The notes beneath the pieces were generated by a model, which worked only from the letters and a program-made list of their open reading frames with translations, ran no database searches and was not told where the DNA came from. Source: Macrostomum lignano (taxonomy: Eukaryota). Taken from it: a stretch of 64,000 nt of DNA. The translations under genes and the position numbers were made by a program. Shown here in pieces: positions 13,501 through 28,320 of the stretch; the stretch's first letter is position 1, and each line of letters starts with the position of its first letter. The stretch lies in NCBI GenBank assembly GCA_002269645.1, contig NIVC01000130.1:806001-870000 (forward strand). Reading direction: 5' to 3'.

Positions 13501-16500
13501 CGGGGTGTCACCTGTTAGACACATGGTGTCACCTGTTAGACACGGGGTGTCACCTGTTAGACACATGGTGTCACCTGTTAGACACGGGGTGTCACCTGTT
13601 AGATACTGGGTGTCACCTATTAGATACGGGGTGTCACCTGTTAGACACGGGGTGTCACCTGTTAGACACGGGGTGTCACCTGTTAGACACGGGGTGTCAC
13701 CTGTTAGACACGGGGTGTCACCTGTTAGATACGGGGTGTCACCTGCTAGATACGGGGTGTCACCTGTTAGATACGGGGTGTCACCTGTTAGACACGGGGT
13801 GTCACCTGTTAGATACGGGGTGTCGCCTGTTAGATACGGGGTGTCACCTGTTAGATACGGGGTGTCACCTGTTAGATACGGGGTGTCACCTATTAGATAC
13901 GGGGTGTCACCTTTTAGACACAAGGCGTCACCTGTTAGACATGGGGTGTCAACTGTTAGACACGGGGTGTCACCTGTTAGACACAGGGTGTCACCTGTTA
14001 GACACAAGGCGTCACCTATTAGACACGTGGTGTCACATGTTAGACACGGGGTGTCCCCTGTTAGACACGAGGTGTCTCCTGTTAGACATGGGTTGTTACC
14101 TGTCAGACACTCGGTTCCACCTGTCAGACACTCGGTTCCACCTGTCAGACACTCGGTTCCACCTGTCAGACACTCGGTTCCACCTGTCAGACACTCGGTT
14201 CCACCTGTCAGACACTCGGTTCCACCTGTCAGACACTCGGTTCCACCTGTCAGACACTCGGTTCCACCTGTCAGACACTCGGTTCCACCTGTCAGACACT
14301 CGGTTCCACCTGTCAGACACTCGGTTCCACCTGTCAGACACTCGGTTCCACCTGTCAGACACTCGGTTCCACCTGTCAGACACTCGGTTCCACCTGTCAG
14401 ACACTCGGTTCCACCTGTCAGACACTCGGTTCCACCTGTCAGACACTCGGTTCCACCTGTCAGACACTCGGTTCCACCTGTCAGACACTCGGTTCCACCT
14501 GTCAGACACTCGGTTCCACCTGTCAGACACTCGGTTCCACCTGTCAGACACTCGGTTCCACCTGTCAGACACTCGGTTCCACCTGTCAGACACTCGGTTC
14601 CACCTGTCAGACACTCGGTTCCACCTGTCAGACACTCGGTTCCACCTGTCAGACACTCGGTTCCACCTGTCAGACACTCGGTTCCACCTGTCAGACACTC
14701 GGTTCCACCTGTCAGACACTCGGTTCCACCTGTCAGACACTCGGTTCCACCTGTCAGACACTCGGTTCCACCTGTCAGACACTCGGTTCCACCTGTCAGA
14801 CACTCGGTTCCACCTGTCAGACACTCGGTTCCACCTGTCAGACACTCGGTTCCACCTGTCAGACACTCGGTTCCACCTGTCAGACACTCGGTTCCACCTG
14901 TCAGACACTCGGTTCCACCTGTCAGACACTCGGTTCCACCTGTCAGACACTCGGTTCCACCTGTCAGACACTCGGTTCCACCTGTCAGACACTCGGTTCC
15001 ACCTGTCAGACACTCGGTTCCACCTGTCAGACACTCGGTTCCACCTGTCAGACACTCGGTTCCACCTGTCAGACACTCGGATCCACCTGTCAGACTCACC
15101 AGGCGGTTCGACAGTCTTCCAGCTGATCTTGAAGCCGCGGCCGGTGATGGAGTGGTCGGTTTTGAAGCGGAAGTACAGCTTGTTGGTGGTGCTCTTCAGG
15201 GCCTGGGGCAGCGAGCTGCCGCAGTAGCGACCGAGGCGCTGTTGACATGATGAGATTGACGATATCAATGAACTTTCAGTAATTTGCTTTCCCTGTTCAC
15301 CACCAACTCTACTCTAACACTGAAAAATCCATTCTCTCTCTTCTCGATCTGTTTACACCCACGTGATCAACTCTCTCACCCATGATCTACTCTACCACTC
15401 ATGATCTACTCTCTCACCCATGATCTACTCTCTCACCCATGATCTACTCTCTCACCCATGATCTACTCTCCCACCCATGATCTACTCTCTCACCCATGAT
15501 CTACTCTCCCACCCATGATCTACTCTCCCACCCATGATCTACTCTCTCACCAATGATCTTCTCTCTCACCAATGATCTACTCTCTCACCCATGATCTACT
15601 CTCCCACCCATGATCTACTCTCTCACCCATGATCTTCTCTCTCACCCATGATCTTCTCTCTCACCCATGATCTACTCTCCCACCCATGATCTACTCTCTC
15701 ACCAATGATCTACTCTCTCACCCATGATCTACTCTCCCACCCATGATCTACTCTCCCACCCATGATCTACTCTCTCACCAATGATCTTCTCTCTCACCAA
15801 TGATCTACTCTCCCACCCATGATCTACTCTCTCACCCATGATCTACTCTCCCACCCATGATCTACTCTCTCACCCATGATCTTCTCTCTCACCCATGATC
15901 TTCTCTCTCACCCATGATCTACTCTCTCACCCATGATCTACTCTCCCACCCATGATCTTCTCTCTCACCAATGATCTACTCTCTCACCCATGATCTACTC
16001 TCCCACCCATGATCTACTCTCTCACCCATGATCTTCTCTCTCACCCATGATCTTCTCTCTCACCCATGATCTACTCTATCCCTTATGATCTACTCTCTCT
16101 CTCTCTCTCTCTTACGCCAAACCCACTCTCACGCTGCTCCTGATGCCCTGCTGTCTCACAATAGAAACTTCCTCTACTCCAATTGTGCTCACCTTGCTGG
16201 AGCTGTCAGGTCCGTCATACACGTCAAGATAGTCGTACCGACAGCTGCTGTCGGCCTCGAGATCGAATGCCTCGAAATTAATCTCCAAAGCCTTATCGTC
16301 GGCGGTGGTGATTGTCCAAGTGCATTCGAAATTGTTTGGATATTCGGAGTTGCCGTAGTCAGTGTGGGACACGAACTCGCCAGTTGGGCCCGTCAGCTGC
16401 GACTGGCCGCATCGGGCGTCTGGTGAAATTTGTGTTGTGATTCGTATTTTATAATCACGCGATATTCGCGATGCACTACTTCAGTGAGTATAAATTATAC

Positions 16501-17411
16501 AATCAAATCACTATCGCCATCGACAATAAAGCCAATCAAAACCACTGCCACAGAACTGCACTCGGCCATAGACAATAAAGCCAACCAAAGCCACACTGCC
16601 ACAGAGCTGCACTCGGCCGTAGACAATAAAGCCAACCAAAGCCACACTGCCACAGAGCTGCACTCGGCCATAGACAATAAAGCCAATCAAAGACACTGCC
16701 ACAGAACTGCACTCGGCCATAGACAATAAAGCCAATCAAAGACACTGCCACAGAACTGCACTCGGCCATAGACAATAAAGCTAATCAAAGCCACACTGCC
16801 ACAGAACTGCACTCGGCCATAGACAATAAAGCCAATCAAAGACACTGCCACAGAACTGCACTCGGCCATAGACAATAAAGCCAATCAAGGCCACTGCCAC
16901 AGAACTGCACTCGGCCATAGACAATAAAGCTAATCAAAGCCACACTGCCACAGAACTGCACTCGGCCATAGACAATAAAGCCAATCAAAGACACTGCCAC
17001 AGAACTGCACTCGGCCATAGACAATAAAGCCAATCAAAGACACTGCCACAGAACTGCACTCGGCCATAGACAATATCAGATAAAGGCAATCAAGCAGACA
17101 GCTCGCAATTCAAAACTACACTCTCCTACAGACTGCAAGCAAAGCCAAGTCGTTTAATTCTCACTTCTCTCTAATTAGAAGACAGTCAAGTAGAGAAACT
17201 CAAAGAAAGTATTCAAGGACCATTGAAATGTTATTTGTCTAGTAGTCCTTGCAGGTATTCTGTGCGCTGAAGTTCATCAGTAAACTAGACTAAAAAAGCA
17301 ATACTAGATGCTAATTGTGTTGCCAAAAATGCTGCATGGTTGTATAGTATACTCACCCTGAGCAGAGGCTGCGCTAGCCAACAAAGCCGCCGACAAGATG
17401 ACGAGCAGCAT
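10584..17411 (-). CDS. Secreted modular serine protease: signal peptide-CUB-LDLa-trypsin (S1A), 432 aa, 9 exons
   Basis: Exons 17411-17357, 16419-16193, 15238-15100, 13417-13310, 13168-12877, 12252-12101, 11883-11738, 11445-11349, 10666-10584 (sum 1299 nt, phases consistent). CUB ([31 protein letters not shown]), LDLa ([21 protein letters not shown]), IVGG, TAAHC, DYDIAL, DACQGDSGGP, SWGIGC, PGVY. Confidence 0.95.
10787..11183 (+). repeat. 51-bp minisatellite array A (GGCTTTATTGTCTATGGCCGAGTGCAGTTCTGTGGCAGTGTGGCTTTGATT) in protease intron 8
   Basis: About 8 units; same family as 16522-17073 (inverted) and 24905-25214. Confidence 0.93.
11470..11700. repeat. Imperfect G-rich repeat (GTGGGTCAAAGGGG) in protease intron 7
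   Basis: Recurrent GGGTCAAAGG motif read directly. Confidence 0.75.
13437..15097. repeat. Bipartite 21-bp minisatellite filling protease intron 3
   Basis: About 31 variable units (CACGGGGTGTCACCTGTTAGA) to ~14100, then about 47 near-identical units (CACTCGGTTCCACCTGTCAGA) up to the splice donor. Confidence 0.97.
15372..16096. repeat. 19-bp minisatellite (ACCCATGATCTACTCTCTC) in protease intron 2
   Basis: Direct reading. Confidence 0.95.
16522..17073 (-). repeat. 51-bp minisatellite array B (inverted relative to A and C) in protease intron 1
   Basis: About 11 units of CACAGAACTGCACTCGGCCATAGACAATAAAGCC..., the reverse complement of array A. Confidence 0.93.
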
Positions 17412-18087
17412 TATGCAGTAAGTATTAGTTGAAAAAAATTCGTTGTCAAATTCAACTTGGAATTTTTCCAACCGGAGGAGCGACTTCACAATGTATTTAA
17501 GTAGAAAAATTTGCTCTCAAAATTCTACTGGTGTCTTTACTCCCACGGATAAGAAATAGCGTGAGATCTGGACACGTTTTGCACCACACTTAACTATTTA
17601 ATAATGACTTATGCAAAATGTAACGAGTTCGACTGCCTATAGGCAATAAATATATTGATTTTATCAGTGGCTCAAAGCTTCAGCTGATATTGTAGTCGGC
17701 GATTTCTGCTATCTCAACCTTTGAAATCTGGTTCAGTGCGGTTAAACCGGAATTAGTAGATGATACTGTCCATTATTTAGGAAGCATATCCTAGCACTCA
17801 GCAGGGTCGTGACTAATTATGGACTTTGGTTATTTGATTGAATTGATTATTTTTTTTATGAAATAATTCTTTAACTTGTGGCGAGGACGCAAGTTCAATC
17901 AAGGTCGGATTTGTTCTCTAGCTAGATTTCTAGCCTGGTTTTGGGACTTGATGTTACATGAAACCGAATTTATTAATTTGATGTTTGGTAATGACTTTTG
18001 GCTCATTCATTAAGCATTAAGCTCATACGATTCACTTTAGCGTTTTAATTCAGTTCAGTTCGGTTTAAATGTTTAGTGGACTAAAGC

Positions 18088-18839
18088 AGAGTGGATAGAG
18101 TAGAGCAGAGCAAAGTAGAGTGGAGAAGGATAGAGTAGAGTAGGGTAGAGTAGAGTAGGGTAGAGTAGAGTAGGATAGAGTAGGGTAGGGTAGAGTAGAG
18201 TAGGGTAGAGTAGAGTAGGGTAGAGTAGAGTAGGGTAGAGTAGAGTAGAGTAGGGTAGAGTAGAGTAGGGTAGGGTAGAGTAGAGTAGGTCAGAGTAGAA
18301 TAGGATAGAGTAGGGTAGTGTAGAGTAGATTAGGCTAGAGTAGAGTAGGGTAGAGTACAGTAGGGTAGAGTAGAGTAGAGTAGAATCGAGTAAGGTAAAG
18401 TAGAGTAGGATAGAGTAGAGTAGGATAGAGTAGGGTAGGGTAGAGTAGATTAGGGTAGAGTAGAGTAGGGTAGAGTAGAGTAGGGTAGAGTAGAGTAGGG
18501 TAGAGTAGAGTAGGGTAAAGTAGAGTAGGGTAGAGTAGAGTAGGGTAGAGTAAAGTAGGGTAGAGTAGAGTAGGGTAGAGTAGAGTAGGGTAGAGTAGAA
18601 TTGGGTAGAGTAGAATTGGGTAGAGTAGAATTGGGTAGAGGAACGCAGGGTAGAGCAGAATAAGGTAGAGTAGAGTTGGGTAGAGTAGAGCAGGGTTAGA
18701 ATCGAGTAAGAGTAGAGTAGGATAGAGTAGAGTAGAGTAGAGTAGAGTTGGGTAGAGTCGAGTAGGGTAGAGTAGAGTTGAGTAGAGGAAAGCAGGGTAG
18801 AGCAGAATAGGGTAGAGTAGAGTAGGGTAGAGTAGAGTA
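18088..18839. repeat. (GTAGA)n/(GTAGG)n pentanucleotide satellite
   Basis: Direct reading. Confidence 0.93.
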
Positions 18840-19417
18840 TGCATAATATTGAAAGAGAAATCACTTCATCGACATTTCATCGGCACGTCGACATATCGAC
18901 ACCACTTCATCGACACAAACGACACATCGTGAGCTGACTTACTTGTGAAGCTTTGTTGCGCCTATCTATAGCAGATGGATTGAAACGCATCCATAAATGT
19001 ATCTTTTTCACTGAAAACTGAGCCTACGAGTATAGTCCACTGTTGTTTAAAGTACATCTTCTATCAGACGCTTTGTGACCTGCTGGCGCATCCTGCTCAG
19101 CTCCAGAGCGGCGGCCACCACCTCAAGCTGCTCCAATTTTTTACAGCGCTCCCAGCTCAGAGCCCGGCCTCATAAATCATTATTAATTAAGTAGCTTACA
19201 AGCTAGCAGGTAACTACCCAGCTGCTGAGCATGGCTGGGCGTGTGCAGGCGCATCCTACTTACATGTAAGTGCTCAATTCTGCAGTTGGTAGCTCGTATT
19301 TGTCTATACAGCTTTAATGGAATAAAACTAATCAAACACTGCCAGGGCTGCATGGTTTTGAGTGACTCAGTGTTAATGCCACTTGTCACTGTTAGTAGTG
19401 TCCGTATGCATGAGGTC

Positions 19418-19449
<32 letters not shown>

Positions 19450-20663
19450 CGAGGGGCGTCCGGAAAGTAGTGTTACTTTTGCTTGGTGTGGACGTATGGA
19501 CAGTCACACTTGCATGTGCTTTGTGTCATTTGAAAGCGGCAAGTCTCTTCTTTAAAATGACACCAATTGCAAGAGATTTGAATCTGTGCTTCAAGAGATA
19601 CGGACGATTAAGTAGACAAAGGTCAGTCATAGACTTACAGAACCTCAAAAATGTCAACAGAAAACTTTTATCACGAGCGTAATTACTCCAGAAAAAAACA
19701 AAAAACGCAACAGTACAGTACAGAAGCCCTCAGATCCCCTGACGGTCCAAACCATTGACTCCTGCTTCGTTGGAGGGTCGAAGTATGGCACCCATGTCTC
19801 GTTGCCAGTTACGATCAGCTCTCGAAAGGCTTCCCATCCTCCATGTTGATTGACCAGCTCCAGGTTGTTCACACATTTCTGCTTGCGTTCCAGCTTCATG
19901 ACCTCAGTGAGCAATCGTGGTACCCAACGGGCACTCAGCTTGACGTGATTCATCTTCTGCAGGCACTCGTGAACTGTGGACTTCAGGCAATCCAATCAAT
20001 CGGCCATTTCGCGAATGCTCTGGCGGCAGTCTTCATCAATCAAGTCGAGAATGCGATCCGTCAGGCTGCTGCTGTCGCGAATTGCAGGGCGTCCGGACCT
20101 TGGCATGTCGCTCACGTCAGTTCTTCCAGCCTGAAACTCGCCCACCCACCTGCTTACTGTCATCTTGCTGACAGCATGGTCGCCATGAGCTGTGCAAAGT
20201 TGCCTGTGGATGTCAGCCGATTTGGTTCCGGAGCTCCAAAGTGTAAAGATGGCATGTCGCTGCCCACTCTTTGAATGCACATCCATTTGCAGTTCACAAT
20301 TGAAAATTTAATGTCAATAAACTTTGCAGGCGCAGCAGAAGCAGTTTTACAAGTCTCGTAGTTTTATGAAACAGCCCGTCTCGTTCACTGCATCACATTT
20401 GACCATAGACAGCCCATGATTACGAAAAAATCGATAAACTCGTAAAAGTTTTCTGTTGACATTTTTGAGGTTCTGTAAGTCTATGACTGACCTTTCTCTA
20501 CTTAATCGTCCATATCTCTTGAAGCACAGGTTCAAATCTCTTGCAATTGGTGTCATTTTAAAGAAGAGACTTGCCGCTTTCAAATGACATCAAGCACATG
20601 CAAGTGTGACTGTCCATACGTCCACACCAAGCAAAAGTAACACTACTTTCCGGACGCCCCTCG
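19450..20663 (-). mobile_element. Defective mariner (Tc1/mariner) DNA transposon with ~221-bp TIRs
   Basis: TA duplications at 19448-19449 and 20664-20665; TIRs 19450-19670 and 20443-20663 begin CGAGGGGCGTCCGGAAAG. Transposase from 20286: HTH region, RSGRP, WVPRLL, TGNETW (D to N), nonsense codon at 19996-19998, truncated near 19730. The CGAGGGG ends resemble irritans-subfamily mariners. Confidence 0.93.
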
Positions 20664-24535
<3,872 letters not shown>

Positions 24536-24904
24536 GTAGAAGAAGAAAAATCTAGGCTAAGCTAAACCGAGCGCCCTCAAAAAGGGCAATCGTCTGCAGT
24601 ATGGAACTTTCGAAAGGCCAAAAGATTTCATGTGGAAAAAGTATAGATCAACTGCATGGGAACGTTCTGACTGTGGAGGTCAACAAAGATGGCACAGTGG
24701 CAGCGTAGGCGACATCCTTGTTCCTCGGTGTTTCAACCAACACAGGACTATTCCAGACTATAGGCTATGCTAGCTTTGTCTATGGTAGACTTGTCTGACT
24801 TTGCGTTTCTGTATTTATCAAAATCAATTAAAGAATAGTTTTTAATTCAAAGCTACCCTATAGACAAAGATTTTTCCACTCTGAAAGCCGGATTTGAAAA
24901 GAAC

Positions 24905-25214
24905 TGGCTTTGATTGACTTGTCTATGGCCGAGTGCAGCTCTGTGGTAGTGGCTTTGATTGGCTTTATTGTCTATGGCCGAGTGCAGCTCTGTGGCAGTG
25001 GCTTTGATTGGCTTTATTGTCTATGGCCGAGTTGCAGTTCTGTGGCAGTGTGGCTTTGATTGGCTTTATTGTCTATGGCCGAGTGCAGTTCTGTGGCAGT
25101 GTGGCTTTGATTGGCTTTATTGTCTATGGCCGAGTGTAGTTCTGTGGCAGTGTGGCTTTGATTGGCTTTATTGTCTATGGCCGAGTGCAGCTCTGTGGCA
25201 GTGGCTGCTCCTGC
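24905..25214 (+). repeat. 51-bp minisatellite array C (intergenic)
   Basis: About 6 units; ends in the same variant order and GTGGCTGCTCCTGC flank as array A. Confidence 0.92.
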
Positions 25215-25994
25215 AAGGAATGTGGACAAAGGCAATAAACACGATCTCATATGTTGAGAATCTGACACGATACAGTCATGAAACTCTTTGAATAATGAAT
25301 TTTACAGATGAATTTTTTAACAAAACAATGTTTTTGCATAATTAATTGGGGTTTAAAACAAAGAAACATTGATACGAACTATAGCCGTAATAACCTTTTT
25401 TTATAAAAACAAAATGCATACTTAGGGTTAAAATCAATCAAATGATAGAGATGCGATAGAGAAAGTTGATAATTGCATTTGACCAGAGCTTAATGCTGTT
25501 TGTTGATGCTATGCAGTACATATACATATACTATATGTTACTGTATGTAAGCCAAGACTATGCGATGCATGACCTGCACACTGGGCCATATGAGGGAATA
25601 TACGTAATGCAAAGACTCTCGCTATGCACACCCCATCTCACCCCAGATAAATATATGCGTGCCCTATCTCACTGATGCATGCAATGTTTCTCCTAGCGAA
25701 TCGTATACAGAATTAGCCAGACATAGCTATCTAGCATTTGGTTGGGGGTGGGAATCAAAAGCTCGCGAATTGATGCGGCGCGTGTATGGCTAATGGTTGG
25801 GTAGGCAGATGGCAGACTTATGGGCAGCAAGCCAATGCTCTGCACTGCAGCTGCATTCTAAGGGGAAGTGCAGAGGATGGAGAATGCAGCAATTATGGGA
25901 TAGGGGAGCATTGACGGAATCTGCAGCCATGCTGGGCCTTGTCGGGAAGCGTAAGTGCAAGTTGTGAGAGGGGAAATATATTGGGGATAGTTGC

Positions 25995-26760
25995 AGGCAA
26001 CAGGGGAGTGATGGTGAGGCAACAGGGGAGGGAGGGTGAGGCAACAGGGGAGGGAGGGTGAGGCAACAGGGGAGGGAGGGTGAGGCAACAGGGGAGGGAT
26101 GGTGAGGCAACAGGGGAGGGAGGGTGAGGCAACAGGGGAGTGATGGTGAGGCAACAGGGGAGGGAGGGTGAGGCAACAGGGGAGTGATGGTGAGGCAACA
26201 GGGGAGTGATGGTGAGGCAACAGGGGAGGGAGGGTGAGGCAACAGGGGAGTGATGGTGAGGCAACAGGGGAGGGAGGGTGAGGCAACAGGGGAGTGATGG
26301 TGAGGCAACAGGGGAGTGATGGTGAGGCAACAGGGGAGGGAGGGTGAGGCAACAGGGGAGTGATGGTGAGGCAACAGGGGAGGGATGGTGAGGCAACAGG
26401 GGAGTGATGGTGAGGCAACAGGGGAGGGAGGGTGAGGCATCAGGGGAGTGATGGTGAGGCAACAGGGGAGGGAGGGTGAGGCAACAGGGGAGTGATGGTG
26501 AGGCAACAGGGGAGGGAGGGTGAGGCAACAGGGGAGTGATGGTGAGGCAACAGGGGAGGGATGGTGAAGCAACAGGGAAGGGAGGGTGATGCAACAGGGG
26601 AGGGAGGGTGATGCAACAGGGGAGGGAGGGTGAGGCAACAGGGGAGTGATGGTGAGGCAACAGGGGAGGGATGGTGAGGCAACAGGGAAGGGAGGGTGAG
26701 GCAACAGGGGAGGGAGGGTGATGCAACAGGGGAGGGAGGGTGAGGCGACAGGGGAAGGGG
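25995..26760. repeat. 22-bp purine-rich minisatellite (GGTGAGGCAACAGGGGAGKGAK)
   Basis: Direct reading. Confidence 0.93.
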
Positions 26761-27799
26761 GTGAGGTGATAGGGGAAGAAGAATTAACATGGTAGGGAGG
26801 GGGAGGGCGAGGCAACGGGGGAGGGAGGGAGAATGCCTCTAGTATAAGACTAAATTAGTGACCGTTAAGTTTATATCAGCCATGCCAAAGTACATGTAGC
26901 TATGTGATGTGGTTATACTCTCAGAGGCCTCAGTGCTTGACAGTGCGAATATAGTGCTAAAGCCTGCTTGAAGGTGATTGCTCCGACTCAGCGTTACTAT
27001 TGCGTGTAAAATAGATCAATTAATCCTGACCTTGTCTTTTTCTACTATAAGTAGCAACAATTAAATATTGTGGCAAATATTTATGTAATGAATTATTCCC
27101 AATTTTTATTTTCAGGTAAGGACGAGTACAACAGAAAGCACTGATTCATTTGTTTGACCTTCTACTGTCTGTCTTACAATTGATTGCTTGTGATTTGTTT
27201 ATTGATTGCTGGATTTAATTGATTGTTTAATTGGCAATTTCAACCATTAAAATGACATTTTTATAGCTACGCCGTATTGTATTAAATGTGCATGCATACA
27301 ATCAGCTACATATTATGTAAGAAAAATTTCATACAAAATATTATTATAATAGATTTTACAATTTGCCATGAAAACAAAACATTCTGCTGTGCATTCTGTA
27401 ATAAATTTTCTGCATAAAATACACCACGGAATAGCTACTCGCACTTCAGCAGATTTAATCGTTAAAGTTGTATTTATAGTTCGTATTTATTGGTCTTGCT
27501 CTATCTATGCTGTGCTTAAAATCGTAAAAATGGCACAGACAGTTCGACTCATGCTTATTAGCTTTATATATTGAATCTATTTTATCATTCTTAGCTTAAT
27601 GACTGTATAAAAACGTGTAACAGAATGAATGATAAAAATAGAATTCATAAAACCATTCTGACGAGTTGTGTATAATGTATGATTTTATCATTTTAGGCAT
27701 ACTGTAAGGGCATATTGTAAGAACATATACAGTATACGTTCTATGATAAGCTCGCATATAAAATTAACATAGAATCCCAACTGTCTAATGTAAAAGTTT

Positions 27800-27975
27800 T
27801 GTTAATATCAATATAGAGCTATCGATAAGAAAGGCAAGACATAAAAGATTAACTTTTGGGTCTCTTGATCTATCAAAAGCAATTCAATATAAAAGCAATT
27901 TTTGTGCTGAAAAATGAAAAATTTCTATTATCTGCGTAATGTATATATTCTTCAGTAAAAATTGCCTCCGAAAAA
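27800..27975 (+). repeat. Interspersed repeat fragment homologous to ~130-300 of this window
   Basis: Both loci share AGCAATTTTTGTGCT(A/G)AAAAATGAAAA..TCT(C/G)CGTA(G/A)TGTAT and similar flanks. Confidence 0.5.
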
Positions 27976-27995
27976 ATTCCAATTGACGGTACATG

Positions 27996-28267
27996 CAGGG
28001 CGTCGCCATGGATTTTATGGTGGGGGGGGGGCAAAGCCAAGAATACAACATGTACATGTACATGACTAAATTCCTACATTTTCATTATTTTGAGAATCGG
28101 TGTTGTCACCACTCATTTTGGCGCCGAAGGCGCTATATTTTGCGCCCTTAAAAATTATTGATTACCACAACGGGTCAGATCTAGAAGGGTACATGGTGAG
28201 GGGGGGACACCCGCTTTACTGGGGAGACATGTCCCCCAGCTGTCCCCCCCTAGTGGTGACGCGCCTG
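27996..28267. mobile_element. Candidate hAT-type MITE, 272 bp
   Basis: Imperfect TIRs CAGGGCGTCGCCA / TGGTGACGCGCCTG, G/C-run subtermini, and near-matching 8-bp flanks GGTACATG (27988-27995) and TGTACATG (28268-28275). Confidence 0.5.
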
Positions 28268-28320
28268 TGTACATGTAGTACTTTCCCGTCCTACTTTAGT
28301 AGTAGTCCTTTTGGTAGTAT

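Noticed and set aside
13293-15268. 390-644 aa ORFs on both strands
   Set aside because: Read-through of the 21-bp intronic array; only the CUB and LDLa exons at the edges are coding.
24600-24708. 35-codon ORF (MELSKGQKISCGK...) after an AG
   Set aside because: No recognisable motif, partner exon or donor site.
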